A DNA stretch of 64,000 bases, from NCBI RefSeq assembly GCF_009914755.1, contig NC_060926.1; one strand, written 5' to 3'. This DNA comes from the human T2T-CHM13v2.0 reference genome, Homo sapiens. Under the pieces are notes generated by a model that did not search any database, was not told where the DNA came from, and saw only the letters and a program-made list of their open reading frames with translations. The position numbers were made by a program, and so were the translations under genes. Each line of letters opens with the position of its first letter. Position 1 is the stretch's first letter. Below are positions 29,036 to 44,890 of this stretch, piece by piece.

Positions 29036-29427
29036 CAAAGAAATAATTTTCTCAGATTATCGTAATAATTTAGAAACCAGCGGTTACTTTACTTAGCATT
29101 TGCTATAGAACCTACCAGAGTTATTTTATTTAAATAGTATAAAAATTGACCTTGCGAACAAGAATTCTTCTTTGAATTGAATTCTCCCAGTTTCCTAATT
29201 ATTCAATTCAGCCTCTTTTGCACCAGTCTGCCCATTAACCAATGCAAATCCTTAAGGGACCATCTCAGGCTCCCCTGCCGTGAATACCCCATTGCTCCCT
29301 CCCTTTTCCTCAGCTCACCTTATCCTCCTGCTCAGCCTTCCTCAGATATCTGGGGGCCGCCATGCCCCTCTCCAAAGAGGTCAAGCGAGTTTTCAATGAT
29401 AGCAAGCAAAACGTCTACGCACTAGAA

Positions 29428-29610
29428 GCAGTGGTGCTCAAACTTCCACATGCATCAGAGTCTTCTGGGGCTTGTGAAAACAGATTTCTGGACCCCACCC
29501 CCAGTGTTTCTGATTCAGTTGGTCTGGGATGGAGCCTGAGAATTTGTGTTTCTAATAAGTCTCAGGTGATGCTGATACTACCAGTCCAGGGGACACACTG
29601 ATAAACGGTG
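29428..29610. mobile_element. MER5A (hAT-Charlie) DNA transposon
   Basis: cagtggtgctcaaactt...catcagagtc...gtttctgattcagttggtctggga...gcctgagaatttg. Confidence 0.85.
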
Positions 29611-30479
29611 GGTTGGAGAAGGTTGGAATGTCATGCCTCTGCATATTGTGTGCTGCATGTGCTGTGAAAGAATGGCACGCTTCTGTGAGCCTGGTCTGTC
29701 CTTCCTGGTGCCCTCTGCCCTGACATTTCATCATCACGACAATATCTGGCATTGATCTTTGTTTTAGTCCCTCTCCGCAGAGAACAGATTTAATCACATA
29801 TATTTCCATTTGGTCTGGACCAAGTCAACTTTTGGCCAGAAGAGAACATCCAAAATTAAATAAACATTATTGTGTGAAGAATGAAGAGGGAGATGAAGAG
29901 AAAGTCAAAGGGCCCAAGAAATTAGAAATGAAAGCAGGAAGAAAGATGCAAGGCAAGAGGGAACATGGAGAAATAAGAAAGTTGATACTTTCCATTCCCA
30001 CTGACGCAAGAGGCCCCCAGGACCAGCAGACAAAGAACAGAGGGACTGTCTGTCATTCCTGTGTGGAATAATCGTCTCTAGCCAGAAAACAAACAAACAA
30101 AATCAGTGTCTGAGAAGGATAATTGACAGGCAGGAGTTCTCCATCTTGGAAACTCTTTAACACAGAGTTTTGTTGTCATCATCTCTTGTGGGGGCTTTGG
30201 ATGTCTTCAAGTCCTGTCCACACAACTCTGGAGGCACACGGTCCCTATGGGAGGGGACTTCCCTGGCAGAGTCTGTGTCCAGACACATGTGGGAGCTGGT
30301 ACAGAAGGGAAATAGACAGCTTCCCATTTTTAGGGGCTTGGGGCTTAAACACATTTGTTCTTGAGTCAGGCGAGAAATCAGCAGCAAACAAGACAAGGGT
30401 GGGAAGGAGAGGTGGTGGTGGTAAAGAGAGCGCTTCGGCTTTCATAGATGGAATTTAAGGCAGAAACCATATGCCTGAA

Positions 30480-30745
30480 TTTCCAACCCTTCCAGTGCTT
30501 GGGAATCGCCTGGGCCTCACTCCCACAGATCGTGATGTATTGGTCTGGACTGGAGCCTACTCGGCAAAACTGTTCCTGACTGATGCCACAGGGCAGGTTT
30601 GAGTCTCACTGATCTAGAATAGAGCCCAGCCATCATCCTGCAGCTACAAGAGAGGAAACTGAGTCTCAGAGGGATTAAGCAACTTGCCTAAGGTCACATA
30701 CAAGGGAAGAGCAGAAGGAAGGTGAGAACTCAGATCTCCTGACAA
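30480..30745. mobile_element. MER5-like fragment followed by MIR
   Basis: gatgtattggtctgg; gaggaaactgagtctcagagggattaagcaacttgcctaaggtcaca. Confidence 0.6.
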
Positions 30746-33049
30746 CTATCTCAAGTGGAGAGAAAATAAGTTTTGGATGAGTTTAAGGTTAAAACTAGTT
30801 GGCCATTTTCCCCACATCAGCATCCAGAGGGAGGATTTCCCCTGATGAGCATCCAGTGGAAGGAACCCCAGGACAAGACAGGAATAGACTCCAGGTCTCA
30901 TGCTTGCATTTCTCAGTGGGGTTCTGTCCACACACTGCTGAAATGAGTCTGAAATGGTCCTGTCCTGCCTGCTATCTCCTGGGAGGCCTGATGCCTGCAG
31001 GCTGTCCCTGCAGGCAGTGACACCTGTGTTTGGCCTGTGTGGTTGTCCCCATGACATGGGCTTCCTCTCTCTTGGTATCTACTCCTAGGAAAGAACTTGC
31101 CCCTTCAGAGGGTGGCACAGCAAGTTTGGAATATGGTATCCACAGATGAGGAAATGAATCAGCAACAGGAAAATATTTCAGGGCAACTGCAGCTTACTAA
31201 GTGTTCACTCTGCCAGGCATTGAGCCTCTGGCGTAGTAGGATCCCAGGACATGTCATGAAACTCCCAGGTAGGTGGCAGCCCATCTGACAGTTTTGAGAA
31301 CGAGTCAGTACCTGCACCGCGTGGGGAGGGAATGCAGCAGAGCAGGGAGACAGGAGCTAGCAGGCCAGGCCTCTCTTGCATCTGATATGTTGAGAAAATG
31401 AAGCCAGAACTGGACCAGAGCAGCCTGGGATAACATCCAAGATGTCAGGGATGAGGCAGAAATTCCAGGGCAGGAGGCCCCATGACCTCCATTTTGCAGG
31501 ATAACCTCACCCTCCAGAAAAAAGAAAAATGAGATGACCTGCTACCTTGCCAGGCTGATGCCCAGTGGCATCCTACAGCCCACTGTGAGCTGTCCCCAAC
31601 ACTGGAAAGGAAAGGAGGCTGTGACGGATGAGTGGCCAGCTGGCTCAGGCCTTAGTTTTCTCATCTATACAAGGGGCTGTGTGTTGCAAGGATTCAACGA
31701 GATAGCCCAGGTCAAGCTCTTGGCAGGGGGCACAGTCTTTTCTAAGTGCTGCAGAGACATTAGCTATTGCCATTGTTGCTAGTATTCTTATGAGAGTCTA
31801 AAAATTGCTTTTTCTTCTTAGTCTCTTAAAATAGAATCACACTAAATTCTAGAAGCAAAAGCAGAAATAGAGCTGATGTCATCCAATTATAAGCCTGAAA
31901 AGTCACTTTCATTAAAATGCAGCATTAACATCAACCCTAGAAGGGCTTCTCCTCCACAACCAGAAGGAATTGATTTGCCCAATCCTTGCCTTTCAGGTAC
32001 TTCACTGGTTCCACAAGAGGCTTCACAGAAGAGCCCTCAAGATCTCCTACTAAGAAAACCATCTACTCTGTTTTATCAGGACTAAGTGACCGACATCCAC
32101 TAACGTGTGTCCCTCCAACACTTCCTACATGTTAGTGTAGAGAGTGACAGGAGGAGCTTTCCTGCCCATTCATTTATCTGCTCATTTATTCATTGATTCA
32201 TTCATCAGTTGGCTACTGAATACCCACCCCATGGCAGGCACAGTTTCAGGTGCAACGTTGAGACAGAGCACGGAGTTGGCAGGGCAGAGACAGAGGCAGG
32301 CTATGGACCAGAAGCCATCAGAAGCACTCCTAACAAAAATTAAGCAGGGTGAAGAACAAAGAGCACCTGAGTGGTCTAGGATGATCATGACCTTTGGGAA
32401 TGTGGCAGCTGAGACCTGAGCGTCGGAGGGTCCAGGCTCTCAGGACCTCTAGTCAAACACTCCAGGCAGAGACAAATGCTCTGAGGCAGGTACCTGTGCC
32501 CCTTGCTAGTTAACTCTGGGTCTAAGTGGTTAACCAGGCTTAACCTTGGCAGCCTGAATAAGACTCCTCCCCTCCCACCTCTCCTGGTGGGCAGACCCTT
32601 CCTATAGCCACAAGGAGCCTTTGTCTTCAGTGACCCCTCCCCACCTGCGACACAAAGCAGAGGTGAGACTGGAGGTACTCGGACCAGACACCCCCATCTC
32701 CCAAGGATGACTGTTCTGCATTCTGGAACCATGGGCAGGGCATGGGCACTCTGTTTCCTCATCTGGAAAATGGGCATGATCCCTGCTTTACAGGATTGCT
32801 CAGAGGTTCACAGGAGATGGCAGAAAAGTCATTGTGCAAAATGTAAGCAAATATCCAAGCATGGCACATTTGAAATTGGAGTCCTCCAGGTGACTGAGTG
32901 ATTTCTGTAAATTGTGTTGTCATTGTAACTTCCTTTTACATCCACATCCTTAAGTTTTCTGCCTTCTTTAAAACCTGCTTGCATGCAGCTCCCAGAATTA
33001 GCAATCACTAAGCCTAATTAGTCTTCTCCTCCCAGAGGGCTCTGCCTTT

Positions 33050-33255
33050 TATTTTTCCTTTTATTTTTAGTTGACACAAAATAATTGCGCATATTTATGG
33101 TGCACAGAGTGATATTTCAGTACATGCATATAATGATCAAATCAGGATAATTAGGAAATACGTCACCTAAAGATATATCATTTTTTCATGCTGAGAATAT
33201 TCAAAATCTTCTCTTCCAGCTTTGTGAACATATGCAATATATTCTTGTTAACTAT
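33050..33255 (-). mobile_element. L1MA-like extreme 3' end
   Basis: ttttagttgacacaaaataattgcgcatatttatgg...gatcaaatcagg...attcttgttaactatag. Confidence 0.8.
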
Positions 33256-33468
33256 AGGCATACCTCTGAGATATTGCCAGTTTGGTTCCACACCACTGCA
33301 ATAAAGTGAATATTGCAATAAAGTGAGTCACATAAATTTTTTGGTTTCCTAGTGACTATAAAAGTTATGCTTATACCATACTGTAGCCCATAAGCATGTA
33401 ATAGCATTATGTCTAAAAAATATATACACCTGATTTAAAAATAGATTATTGCTAAAAAAAAAAAATGC
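33255..33468. mobile_element. Tigger1 terminal fragment
   Basis: taggcatacctctgagatattgc...ttggttccacaccactgcaataaagtgaatattgcaataaag matches a Tigger1 end at a TA site. Confidence 0.85.
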
Positions 33469-33469
33469 T

Positions 33470-34682
33470 GGTGGTTTTGGTATGTTGCAGCTCTATTTTC
33501 ACTTGTTTTGAGAACTTTTTTGACCTCCTTCTTAATTTCTTCATTCACCCATTGACCATTCAGGAGCACGTTGTTTAATTTCCATGGATTTGTACAGTTT
33601 TCAAAGTTCCTTTTGTCATCGATTTCTGGTTTTATTCGATTGTGGTCTGAGAACATATTTGATATGATTTCAATTATTAAAAATTTGTTGAGGCTTGTTT
33701 TGTGGCCTAACATATGGTCTATCTTAGAGAATGTTTCATGTACTGAAGAGGGAAGCATGTGATTCTGCAGCTACTGGATGAAATGTTCTGTAAATGTCTA
33801 TTAGCTTCATTTAGTCTCTAGTGCAGTATAAGTCTAATGTTTCCTTGTTGATTTTCTGTCTAGATGATCTCTCCAAAGCTGAAAATTGAGTTTTAAAGTC
33901 CCAAACTATGATTGTATAAGCATCTATCTCTCTTTAGCTCTAATTATATTTTCTTTTTATATCTGGGTGCTCCAGTGTTGAGTATATGTATATTTATAAT
34001 TGTTTTATCCTCTTACTCAAATGATCCCTTTATCATTATATAATTACCTCTTTTTCTCTATGTTTTATGACTTAAAATCTATTTTGTCTGCTGTAAGTAT
34101 TGCTACTCCTGCACACTTTTGGGTTTTTTTTTTTTTTGCATGCAATATCTTTTTTCATCCCTTCAGTTTCTGTCTATGTGTGTCTCCACAGGTGAAATTA
34201 GTTTCTTGTAGGTAGCATAGAGTTAGGTCACTTTTAAAATCCATTCAGCCAGTCTATATCTTTTAACTGGGAAATTTAAGCCATTTAAAAAAGTTGTTAT
34301 TGATAGGTGAGGTCTTATTCCTGTCATTTTAATTGTTTTCTGATAATTTTAAATAATCCTTTTTCTTCCTTCCTTTCTTCCTTCCTTTCTTTCTTTCTTT
34401 CCTTTGTTTATCTTTGCAGTTTGGTGGTTTTCTGTAATGATAACATGTGGTTCCATTCTCTTTCTTATTTGTGTGTCTGCTTTACCAATGAGTTTTATAC
34501 TTTTGGGTTTTCATGATGGTGAATATAGCCCTTTTGCTTCCAGATGTAGGACTCTCTTAAGCATTTATTGTAGGGTCAGTCTAGTGATGATAAATTCCAT
34601 CAGTTTTTGCTTATCTAGGAAAGACTTTATTTCTCCTTCATTTCTCAAGGATATCTGTGCTGGGTACAGTATTGTTGACTGG
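33470..34682 (-). mobile_element. L1 internal fragment (ORF1 end to ORF2 endonuclease region)
   Basis: Decayed ORFs: FSKIDHMLGHKTSLNKF...SDHNRIK (ORF2 EN) and ILYPAQISLRNEGEIKSFLDKQKLMEF (ORF1 C-terminus). Confidence 0.92.
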
Positions 34683-35278
34683 CTAACAGAGGACCAATTA
34701 ATAAGCCAAAGAAATGGCTCTTTAACAATGAACATTTCTGCCATCAACTGACAGATCCCAGGAATAAATGTTTTCCAGTGAGGAGACTTCTCTGGTTTTC
34801 AGAACACCTCTGGCTGCCCCTGCCCACCCCATAGAAGGGCTATCCCTCCAGGTCAGGTTAGCATCATCACCTAGAGCCAACAAGTCAAGGAGGTGATGGT
34901 TTGCCTTTGACATCTCTACCCAGACCAGACTCCACTGAGAAGACTCTCCCTTTTTCATCACTGCCCTACCTAGTTAGTTGGTCCTGCCCTGGGGCCAGAG
35001 TTTCACTAATAGTATACTGTTAGCTCAGGCAACAGATGAACTCTGCCTCCATGCGCAAATACAAAAAGCTATCTCTGCTTCTTTTTCACTCACTTAAGAT
35101 TTTGGAAGAATGGCTCCTAAAGCGGGTGATCCTCACGACTTACAGTGCCTCAGCATCACATGCTATTCATTTTGCACAGCAAAACCAGGAAGTGAATATG
35201 ACTGTTATCCCTACTTCACAAGTAGAGGACACTGAGGCCCTGAGAGGTTAAGAGGTGCAGGTAAGATTTGAACCTACG

Positions 35279-35587
<309 letters not shown>

Positions 35588-36809
35588 CTATGAGTTGTGC
35601 CTCCAGAACTCAAGATCTTTACTCTTTGCCACATCCTTCTGCAAGCCCAATCAAGGACTTGGGTGTTTTCAAGGTTTGCCCTTTCCACACAGCTGCCTCT
35701 CTCCTCCAGTCCATCCCAAATGAGGACTTCCTGTGGCCAATTTGCTACTGGGAGGAGGCAGAGACTGCCTCTTGCCGCCTCCTAGGGAAGTTTCTAGAAC
35801 CTGACTTTGATAGTAGGAAGTAAAGAAGAGGAACCAAGGGAACAACAAGACCTTACTTTGTTTTCAAATCCCTGTTGTGGGGTCACTGCCAGCTGTCCTG
35901 TGGGATCTGTGTTATTACTGCTCAACTTGCAAGTTCTTTTCCCCTCCCTGGCCTCAATGTCATCCAAACAAGAGGGTTACAGTGGGTATTCTAGAAGTCC
36001 CCACCTGACTTTAACATAATTTCAGCAACCTACTACTGGGACTACGCAGAGAGGTTTTGTAAAAAATGTACAGCTCATTGTTACCTCTCACTCGGTTCAT
36101 TGATAGAATTAAGGGACTGGAAAGCCCTGGACATCTCATAATGAAATAAACTAGCCCTTTGTCTTTAAGGGCTCTTTCCTTCAGTATATCTACCTTCCAT
36201 GTTAGAGCCCCTTTGCTCATTTAAAAAAATGTCAGGGTTATTTTAACAAAGTAACTCAGCAAAGGCTATTTATACGTTTTCAGAATGAGAGAGAGGAAAT
36301 CCCTAAATAATTCTGTCTTTAGTTCTCCATGTCAGGGTACATCGGCATGGAATTAAAAAAAAAAAAAAAAAAAACAACCAAGTCACCAGGTGAGTTGTAC
36401 AGTGACAAGGAAGAGCTGAATGTGGCCTAGCCTCTCTAGTCTCCAGACAGGGTCATGGCATCAGAATAGAGCAGCTGGGAGGATCAGTACAAGAGCTGAG
36501 AGGCCTAGAGTCAGGGTAACCAAGCTCTGTAAGGTCCATGAGGTAGGTGGGCAGGCAGGTGAACAGAATGCTCTGCTGAAAGGAAGACTGACCTCTCTTT
36601 CAAAAGAAGATATCAGGGTACTTAACATAGACCATCTTTAAACAAGTAGCCCACTTACTTTCTTACTAATCTGTAATCTGTAATCAGCTCAGAATGAAAG
36701 AACAGCATTTTAGCTTCTAAAGTTTTTAAACATCATGTAAAATAGTCTTTGTGAGGCAATGAAGATGTTGCGGGTGTTTTCAACTCTGCAAACCCAAGTA
36801 TGTTCTTTT

Positions 36810-39825
<3,016 letters not shown>

Positions 39826-40814
39826 CTTTCAAAATTATTTTGAATGAAATAATTCATGGAATACATCACTACAAAGTCAGCCTTGAATACAATTTATTGA
39901 CTTAAATATAGCTAAATTATTTTAAAAATTGGTAGACTCTTAGACTCCCGTCCACCCTTGGTCTCAAAAGAGATACCTTTTCATAGACATAGAATACCCT
40001 GACATATGGAGAGCCCACCACTTCCACAGTACCATGGAATCAGGGGAATTATCCAAATAGTGGTTTCCTTGTTGTACCCTAGGCAGGGACAGTCAAGAAA
40101 ACTTCATGGATCTGTAGTGTAAAGCTAGGGAGAAAGAGGAAGAGTTGCCTGTTTGAATTTCTGTAACTAGCGTATCTCCAGATAATGCATGAACAGCCAG
40201 TAAAGATGAACGCAGATTATTGATGGAAAGAACACACATGGAGAAGAGAAAAAGCAAGTCCACAGAGCTTTTTAACATACACTCCCTCACCCCTACCCCC
40301 AGCTTAGAAGGGCAGGAACCTGCTGTCCAAAACAGGAAATATAGGAAATACCAGCTGAGAAACTGTCCACTTGACGTCCATGAGCCCAGCTGCCCCTCTC
40401 ACCTCACTCCTATTTTAAGTCAGTGACACACAGTCATGCTTTCCTTTTCTGCACCTGAAGGAGTGATGTCACTCCAGACTGAGTCCTTATTAGAGGTGAT
40501 GATGGAGTTATTTTTAGACCTGGGAATGGTCTAAAACATTTTGCCTCAGCCTAATCATTGGATCCTTCAAGGAAATGGATATTCTGATGCACATCCCACC
40601 CGGTGTCCTATCAAATGGAACCTTAGCTCTCAGGCAACTTGTTAGTTTGAAGGCAGTGACAATGAGGCCAAGAATGACTCCTGGCTCCTCCACTCTGCCA
40701 TCACAGGCTGCACCCAGAGCCTCCCACATCAGATTGTACCCACCGTGCCAGTGGAAGTGATCTCTAAGTCAAGCTATTCCTGCCCTCTCTAGCCTACTTT
40801 CTCTGGGAGGCATT

Positions 40815-41680
40815 AGAACACAGTCAGATCCCGAGAGTCCAGACCTGGATTCTATTGCTTTGTAAGCTAGGTCTTTGGGCAAATTACTTCTCTAGGCTTT
40901 TGTTTCCCGGTCTACATAAATGAGACGAATTCATGGTTATGTGGACTAAGTAAAAAGTTGTAGGTACAAAGTTCCCCTGGTGCTGGCAGTGGGGAGTGCT
41001 CCATAATCTCTAGCCATTGCTATTGTTATTCTCAGCGTGCTGAAAGCACTTTCATGTATGCTGTTTCACTTGATCTTTTTTAAAAGGACTGTACATGTTT
41101 TAATTAATTTAATCTTCTGTATAGTTTTATGAAGAACACACTCTTTTGACCTCATTTAACAGCTAGCCATATAACTAATAAGTGATAGAGGTAAGATTTA
41201 AAGAGAGTCTGGTTTCAGAGAACATTCTCTTGATCACTGTATACAAATATTATTCCAACCATAGTGTAGGCTCTTCTGGTCTTACCCTTCCTATGAGAGA
41301 GGGGTTATTGTCTCCATTTCATAAATGAAAGCAGTAAGAGTCAGAGCAATTCACTGAGCTGACAAGTCATAGGATCACTGAACAAGGGCTCCAGTGGCAG
41401 TGCCTGGGAGTGGCAGAACAAATAGCACAGTATCACATACAACTGCAGCAACAGCAGCAGTACCCGCAGCAAGTACAATGACACATTTACTACACACTTG
41501 CTCTCATTTAATACTCACAAGAATTATGGCCTCTGGGTTCTATCATCAACACCATTGCAGATGAGGGGACCAAAGTTCAGCTGGATCAAGGAAGGTGTTC
41601 AGGGGCATAGAGCTAGGGAGTAATGGAGTTGGGTGTCCCCCTGGTCTACCATGCCCAAGCTGTGCCTCAGCTTCTGTGCT
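40815..41680. mobile_element. Cluster of MIR fragments
   Basis: tttgggcaaattactt, ccatttcataaatgaaa, ttgcagatgaggggaccaaag cores. Confidence 0.65.
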
Positions 41681-43424
41681 GCCATCTCCTGCAGCACTTA
41701 AACAGAACCCCTAAGAACAACTAGCAGCACTTGCCTGATCAATGTAGCCAACAGAAGGAGGACAACCTATTTTTCATAGATTTTTTGGGGGATTTTCTAT
41801 TTAAATAATCATGCTGCCTAAAAAAGGAGACAGTTTCATTTCTTATTTTCCAATGAGCATGACCTTTATTCCCTTTTCCTGCCTTATTGCAGTGGCTAGA
41901 ACTTCTAGTACTGTGTTTAATAAGACTGATGAAAGTAGAAATCTTTGCCTTGTTTTGGATTGTATAAGGCAATGTATTCTGTCTTTATCATGAAATACAA
42001 TGTCTGATGTAGTTTTTTAATAGATGTTCTTTATGAGGTTGAGGAAGTCTCCCTCTATTCCTAGTGTATTTGAGAGGATTTTCTATTTTCATCATTAATG
42101 GGTGTTGAATTTTGTTAAATAATTTTTTGTTGCCAACTGCTATGATTATATGGTTTCTCTTCTTTAGCCTGTTGCTATGATAAATTTTATTAATTTCTTT
42201 TCAAATATTGAATCAGCTTTGTCTACCTGGCATAAATTTCACTTGGTCATGGTGCTTTAGTCTTTTTATACATTGTTGGATTTTGATTAATTACATTTGA
42301 TTGGTGGTTTTTACATCCAAAGTTCATGAGAGATATTGATCTGTAGCTTTCTTTTTGCATACTTTCTTTAGCTGGTTTGGGTATCAGAGTAATGACGGCT
42401 TCATAAAGAGAATTGGGAACTTCCTAATTTTCTCTTCTCTCCTATTTTCTGGAAGATACACATAGAATTGGCATTAATTTTTATTTGAATGTTTGGTAAA
42501 ATTCTTGGATGAAACCCTCTGGACCTGGAGATTTCTTTTTGGGGAGTATTTTTATTATAAATCCAATTCTTAGAAATATCTACACAGCTATTCAGATTAT
42601 CTGTTTCACCTTGGCTAAGTTTTAGTACTTTGTGGTTTTTGAGGAATTAGCCCATTTCTTCAAACTTGTTGAATATATGAGCATAAAGTTGATTACAGTT
42701 TTTAAATTATCTTTTTATAGCTAAAGACATCTATTGTGGTGTCCCCTATTTCATTTCTGATGTTGGTGATTCATGTCTTCTCTCTTTTTATATTTGCCAT
42801 TCTTGCTAAAAGTTATTAATCTTATTAATTCTTTTAAAGAGACAACTTTCTGTTTCATTTTTTCTTTTTCCAGTTTTCAAGTTCATTAGTTTCTGCTCTT
42901 TTTTATTTCCTCCTTTCTGCTTTCTTTGAGTTTATTTTGCTCAACTTTTCTAATTTCTTGAAGTAGAAACTTAGATTAGTAATTTGAGATCATTCCTCTT
43001 TTCTAATGTAAGCATTTACTCCTATCAATTTTATTCTCAGCACTGCTTTAGCTAATCTTACAAATTTTAACATGTCATATTTTCATGTTCATTCTTTTCT
43101 TGTCTTTTTAAAATTTCCTTTGAGATTACCACTTTGACGCATGGATTATTTAAATGTTTTTTGTTTAGTTTCCAAGGGTTTGGAGATTTGCCTATTGACT
43201 TTCTGCCTTGATTTCTACTTTGATTTTATTATGGCCAGGTAACATAGTCTGTATAATTTCAATTCTCTTGAACTTTTTAATGTTTGTTTTATGATCTAGG
43301 ATATGCTCTATCTTGGTAAATGTCTCATGGGACCTTTAAAAAAATGTGTATTCTGCTGTTGTTGGACAGATTGTGCTATGAATGCCAATTAGATCCTGTC
43401 AGTTGATGGTGTGGTTGAGTTTTT

Positions 43425-44218
43425 CTATATTCTTGCTGATTTTCTTGCTAGTAGTCCTAGAAGTCCTGAGTGCAGGGAGACAGCAGGGATTGATGCCTCA
43501 ACCACAATTGTGGATTTCTTCTTTCAGCTGTCTTAGTTTTTGCTTCAGACATGTGAAAGTCTGTTGTTTGGTTCATAGGTATGTAGAGAAAATGCTCACT
43601 AACTGTGTTTTTCTTTTACTGTCACACCACAATCATCAACACAGAAGAAAGGCCCAGTGACTCATGGGAAACTACTGTATTAAAAACTTGCAGCTAATGT
43701 TTTAAATTAACCAGAAAAAACACAAAAGTCAGAACACTGCACCAACAGATAGAGCCCTGTGCCTTTATAAAAGAAAAAAAATATTGCCTTCTATACACTC
43801 TCCCTCACCATAAAGATAATCCTCTGGTTTTCTCCTAAGTAACCAGAGAGTGGATACCCCACACCGCAAAAAAATAAAATTCTATTTGTTGAATATCTTT
43901 TGTCTTAAAGATAACAGCTCAGGAAAAATAGACTGCACTTAACATGATTTATGTCATTCCTTTTTTGTGCCCTTATACGATATGAAGAAAGGCTTCTGTG
44001 TTGATGTTGTCATGGTGTGACAGCAGAAGAAAAACACAGCTAGGGAGAGTTTTCTCTACATACCTATGAACCACACAACAGACTTTCACATATCTGAAGC
44101 AAAAACTAAGACAGCTGAAAGAAGAAATCCACAATTGTGGTTGGGGCATCAATCCCCCACTGTCTCCCCACACTCAAGACTACTAGGACTACTAGGGAGA
44201 AAATCAGCTAGAATATAG
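43425..44218. repeat. Inverted repeat: arms 43425-43647 and 43993-44218
   Basis: Arms are reverse complements at ~90% identity by manual alignment; ORFs 43382+ and 43973- share GLMPQPQLWISSFSCLSFCFR. Confidence 0.97.
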
Positions 44219-44890
44219 CAGCGGACACCAGCTGGGTGTCCTCCAATGCAGTTCTGACACTATCTACCCAGAGATAGAGTCAGATCCCACAGGTTGAAGG
44301 TTCAGCCCCCAAGACTGCCCCCATACACACACCAGTTGTAAGTCTGGGCCTCCACAACTTCTGACTAGCCAGCTTCAAGGTGGGGTTCCCATGACCCCCT
44401 CTTTGGGTTTGATTAATTTGCTGGAGCAGCTCTCAGAACTCAGAGAAATGCTTACCTATGTTTACGGGTTTATAATTAAAAAATATTGCAAAGGAGACAG
44501 ATGAAGAGATGCCTAGGGTGAGGTATGGAGAAAGGGTCACGGAGCTTCCATGCCCTCCCTGGGTGCACCACGCTCCAGGAACCTCCACATGTTCAGCTAT
44601 CTGGAAGCTTAACAACCCTGTCCTCTTGGCTTTTTATGGAAGCTTCATGATGTCAGCATTCCTTCCCCCAGGATATAGGGTGGGACTGTCTCATGGGAGG
44701 GTCTTAAGATCCACAATGAGAAAGGCAGAAAGGTGGGAGAACATTAGAGTGAAAGGAAGGCAGGAGAAGGTCAGAGGCCTGTCCCTGAGGCCTAACACCC
44801 CCAACAATATAACAAAAGACTCTAACACGGGATGTGGGAGTTATGAGCCAGGACCCATGGATGAAAGCCGACATATATCATAACATCACA
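43582..44890 (-). mobile_element. MER21-family LTR carrying the complex insertion
   Basis: tgtttttcttttactgtcacaccacaatcatcaacacagaag then cagcggacaccagctgggtgtcctcc...gtcagatcccacaggttga...ataacatcaca. Confidence 0.75.
43652..43983 (+). repeat. Direct copy of 46521-46849
   Basis: gcccagtgactca...ccttata(c/t)gatat aligns end to end at roughly 88-90% identity. Confidence 0.97.

Noticed and set aside
36354-36395. Isolated poly-A run and nearby CAG/GTGAGT splice donor
   Set aside because: No TSD or polyadenylation signal to indicate a retrocopy, and no definable exon; lncRNA exons cannot be called from sequence alone
43425-44218. Reading the inverted repeat as a DNA transposon or MITE with long terminal inverted repeats
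   Set aside because: The arms consist of local L1 plus LTR sequence, there is no outer TSD, and the interior is a copy of neighbouring DNA
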